A stretch of 64,000 nucleotides of DNA from the human T2T-CHM13v2.0 reference genome, Homo sapiens: the NCBI RefSeq assembly GCF_009914755.1, contig NC_060948.1; one strand, 5' to 3'. Of this stretch, positions 58,233 through 64,000 are shown in pieces. Under the pieces are notes generated by a model, which ran no database searches, was not told the origin of the DNA, and saw only the letters and a list, made by a program, of their open reading frames with translations. Each line of letters starts with the position of its first letter. Positions within the stretch are counted from its first letter, which is position 1. A program made the translations under genes and the position numbers.

Positions 58233-60337
58233 AGATCCATATTTTTTAAATGAAAAAAAATTTCAAAGGTACTCTGCTTGGTACAATAATCAAATGTATA
58301 AACTGAGGAATAAAACATAACCATGAAACCTACTTATAACTGCATATGGAAAATACAGAGGATAATTTTTTAAATAACATATTTTGAAAGCCTTAACTAG
58401 TAATTTGAAGAGTTGGCATTTGAAAGGCCAGTATGAATATACCTTCAAAGCAGCAACACAGGTTCCCCATGAGAAAAAGCAAACACAGGGAAAATAAAAA
58501 CACAAAGGTTCAATCTCTTCTGACCTTTGAAAGACACAGCACAGACAGTGGTCCTTAGGACGAAGAGCAGGAGACCCCTAATTCCGTCACCATGGCGATA
58601 GGGCATAAACATTGCTGGGTGAGGGCACAATCCACATTGTGAGGTCCAACTGCTGCCAGGAAGACAGGAGTGCTTTTACATAGACCGAAAGGTCATTGAA
58701 GGCTCAGAGTTTTGTTTCAAGAACTGAATCCCAAGCCCACACGTTATTAGGCTGCGCTTCTTAAAACAAGTTATGAGATGGGAAAAAGGGCACCCACAAA
58801 CATACGTATACATTATGTATATAATAATATACAGTATCATATATATAATATATATAACCTATGTATAATACTGTTTTACATCCTGCATCTTATGTTATAT
58901 ACATTGCATAAAATATAATAATTGATAATATATAAGTTTTATAATTATGCAATATGACATATAGTATATATTATAATTTATGACATATATAATATATGTT
59001 ATATATCATATATAGAATATATTATACGGTTAATATACGTATTAAATATAAATTATACATTATATATATTATATATAATATATCTGTTATATATAATACC
59101 CATTATGCATAATATATATATTATGTCTATGTTATATATAGTATAAAACAACATATAATAATATATAATTGTATATATAAAATGCGACATATAATATATA
59201 TTATATTGTATAACATATGTAATATATATTATATATTATATATAATACGTTGTATGTATAATACATATATTAAATATATATTATATGACTATGTTATTAA
59301 TTACATGTCACATGTGTTATATATTATATATTTTACATAGAATATACCTGTTACATACAATATATACTATGTTACCTATAATGTATAATTTATTACATGT
59401 AAAATAAAGAATGCAATATATTATGTATAATTTATAATATACAATATGTGGAATGTGATATATATAACATATAATATATGATATATGATATACAGTATAT
59501 GATATATAACATACAATATATGATTCCTAATATATATGGTATACAATATATATTTTATGATATGTATTCTATATGTTTTATATTCTGTTATATATAACTA
59601 TTTGAAATTATATATAACTGTATAATATTTTATGTAAATATGTAATATAATATATATAACTATATAATATATTATATATAACTATATATTATGTTATATA
59701 TACTTTTATAACATAATTTACATAAAATATCATAATATAATATATATTATATTATTTCATATTACATAGTATATATTACATATCACCCAATATAACTAAC
59801 ATACATAATATTATAATATAGATTATATTGTGTTATATTAAATATCATATATATCATGTATCATATATTCTATAATATATATTACACATTATATAATATG
59901 TATGTTGTCTATTATGTGATATATATAACTCTATATATAATTATATTTTTATACATATAACTAGATAAACATGTAATTCTACATATTTTCATTTATAATA
60001 TGTAGAATTATATAATCATATATAATTATTTATATTCTATAAAAAATTTTATCATTATATAAATTATAATATATAAAAATTATAATATGTACTACAAATA
60101 TATATATTATATATCATATATGATATAGTACCTTTGTTATATATCATAATACATATAAATGTGTATTATGTTATCTATAATTATATAATTTCATATATAA
60201 GATGTATAATATGTATCATATATTATATATGTTATGTAATATATATAGTATATATAAGATGACACAGGATAAATATTATATACTATGACATATAAAATAT
60301 ATGAGGTTATATGTTACATATAAGGCATAGCACATAA

Positions 60338-60652
<315 letters not shown>

Positions 60653-62750
60653 AGATCCATATTTTTTAAATGAAAAAAAATTTCAAAGGTACTCTGCTTG
60701 GTACAATAATCAAATGTATAAACTGAGGAATAAAACATAACCATGAAACCTGCTTATAACTGCATATGGAAAATACAGAGGATAATTTTTTAAATAACAT
60801 ATTTTGAAAGCCTTAACTAGTAATTTGAAGAGTTGGCATTTGAAAGGCCAGTATGAATATACCTTCAAAGCAGCAACACAGGTTCCCCATGAGAAAAAGC
60901 AAACACAGGGAAAATAAAAACACAAAGGTTCAATCTCTTCTGACCTTTGAAAGACACAGCACAGACAGTGGTCCTTAGGACGAAGAGCAGGAGACCCCTA
61001 ATTCCGTCACCATGGCGATAGGGCATAAACATTGCTGGGTGAGGGCACAATCCACATTGTGAGGTCCAACTGCTGCCAGGAAGACAGGAGTGCTTTTACA
61101 TAGACCGAAAGGTCATTGAAGGCTCAGAGTTTTGTTTCAAGAACTGAATCCCAAGCCCACACGTTATTAGGCTGCGCTTCTTAAAACAAGTTATGAGATG
61201 GGAAAAAGGGCACCCACAAACATACGTATACATTATGTATATAATAATATACAGTATCATATATATAATATATATAACCTATGTATAATATTGTTTTACA
61301 TCCTGCATCTTATGTTATATATATTGTATAAAATATAATAATTGATAATATATAAGTTTTATAATTATACAATATGACATATAGTATATATTATAATTTA
61401 TGACATATATAATATATGTTATATATCATATATAGAATATATTATACGGTTAATATACGTATTAAATATAAATTATACATTATATATATTATATATAATA
61501 TATCTGTTATATATAATACCCATTATGCATAATATATATATTATGTCTATGTTATATATAGTATAAAACAACATATAATAATATATAATTGTATATATAA
61601 AATGCGACATATAATATATATTATATTTTATAACATATGTAATATATATTATATATAATACGTTGTATGTATAATACCTATATTAAATATATATTATATG
61701 ACTATGTTATTAATTACATGTCACATGTGTTATATATTATATATTTTACATAGAATATACCGGTTACATACAATATATACTATGTTACCTATAATGTATA
61801 ATTTATTACATGTAAAATAAAGAATGCAATATATTATGTATAATTTATAATATACAATATGTGGAATGTGATATATATAACATATAATATATGATATATG
61901 ATATACAGTATATGATATATAACATACAATATATGATTCCTAATATATATGGTATACAATATATATTTTATGATATGTATTCTATATGTTTTATATTCTG
62001 TTATATATAACTATTTGAAATTATATATAACTGTATAATATTTTATGTAAATATGTAATATAATATATATAACTATATAATATATTATATATAACTATAT
62101 ATTATGTTATATATACTTTTATAACATAATTTACATAAAATATCATAATATAATATATATTATATTATTTCATATTACATAGTATATATTACATATCACC
62201 CAATATAACTAACATACATAATATTATAATATAGATTATATTGTGTTATATTAAATATCATATATATCATGTATCATATATTCTATAATATATATTACAC
62301 ATTATATAATATGTATGTTGTCTATTATGTGATATATATAACTCTATATATAATTATATTTTTATACATATAACTAGATAAACATGTAATTCTACATATT
62401 TTCATTTATAATATGTAGAATTATATAATCATATATAATTATTTATATTCTATAAAAAATTTTATCATTATATAAATTATAATATATAAAAATTATAATA
62501 TGTACTACAAATATATATATTATATATCATATATGATATAGTACCTTTGTTATATATCATAATACATATAAATGTGTATTATGTTATCTATAATTATATA
62601 ATTTCATATATAAGATGTATAATATGTATCATATATTATATATGTTATGTAATATATATAGTATATATAAGATGACACAGGATAAATATTATATACTATG
62701 ACATATAAAATATATGAGGTTATATGTTACATATAAGGCATAGCACATAA

Positions 62751-63065
<315 letters not shown>

Positions 63066-64000
63066 AGATCCATATTTTTTAAATGAAAAAAAATTTCAAA
63101 GGTACTCTGCTTGGTACAATAATCAAATGTATAAACTGAGGAATAAAACATAACCATGAAACCTGCTTATAACTGCATATGGAAAATACAGAGGATAATT
63201 TTTTAAATAACATATTTTGAAAGCCTTAACTAGTAATTTGAAGAGTTGGCATTTGAAAGGCCAGTATGAATATACCTTCAAAGCAGCAACACAGGTTCCC
63301 CATGAGAAAAAGCAAACACAGGGAAAATAAAAACACAAAGGTTCAATCTCTTCTGACCTTTGAAAGACACAGCACAGACAGTGGTCCTTAGGACGAAGAG
63401 CAGGAGACCCCTAATTCCGTCACCATGGCGATAGGGCATAAACATTGCTGGGTGAGGGCACAATCCACATTGTGAGGTCCAACTGCTGCCAGGAAGACAG
63501 GAGTGCTTTTACATAGACCGAAAGGTCATTGAAGGCTCAGAGTTTTGTTTCAAGAACTGAATCCCAAGCCCACACGTTATTAGGCTGCGCTTCTTAAAAC
63601 AAGTTATGAGATGGGAAAAAGGGCACCCACAAACATACGTATACATTATGTATATAATAATATACAGTATCATATATATAATATATATAACCTATGTATA
63701 ATATTGTTTTACATCCTGCATCTTATGTTATATATATTGTATAAAATATAATAATTGATAATATATAAGTTTTATAATTATACAATATGACATATAGTAT
63801 ATATTATAATTTATGACATATATAATATATGTTATATATCATATATAGAATATATTATACGGTTAATATACGTATTAAATATAAATTATACATTATATAT
63901 ATTATATATAATATATCTGTTATATATAATACCCATTATGCATAATATATATATTATGTCTATGTTATATATAGTATAAAACAACATATAATAATATATA

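Overview
The whole 64 kb window is one uninterrupted head-to-tail tandem array of a ~2,420 bp unit, about 26.4 copies, all in one orientation and nearly identical. Each unit has three parts: a 5'-truncated, CpG-decayed AluY-like element on the minus strand (~290 bp), a ~570 bp moderately GC segment (HSATI-like), and a ~1.56 kb extremely AT-rich degenerate (TA)n tract. This architecture, and a predicted 2,146 bp HaeIII fragment, match the human DYZ2 / HSat1B satellite, most likely from Yq12 heterochromatin. I see no genuine protein-coding or RNA genes and no evidence for a new gene system; all listed ORFs are satellite artefacts. The interesting signal is in the variants: nested higher-order duplications (dimers and an A-B-C block), chimeric units, a hairpin-templated insertion, a multi-allelic palindrome site, a recurrent 7-bp deletion and two less-homogenised blocks. 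Units are numbered U1-U27 with offsets 0, 2420, 4840, 7260, 9678, 12096, 14514, 16933, 19345, 21758, 24179, 26599, 29019, 31439, 33859, 36279, 38710, 41130, 43548, 45968, 48388, 50808, 53226, 55646, 58066, 60486, 62899. Variants were read by eye, not by alignment.
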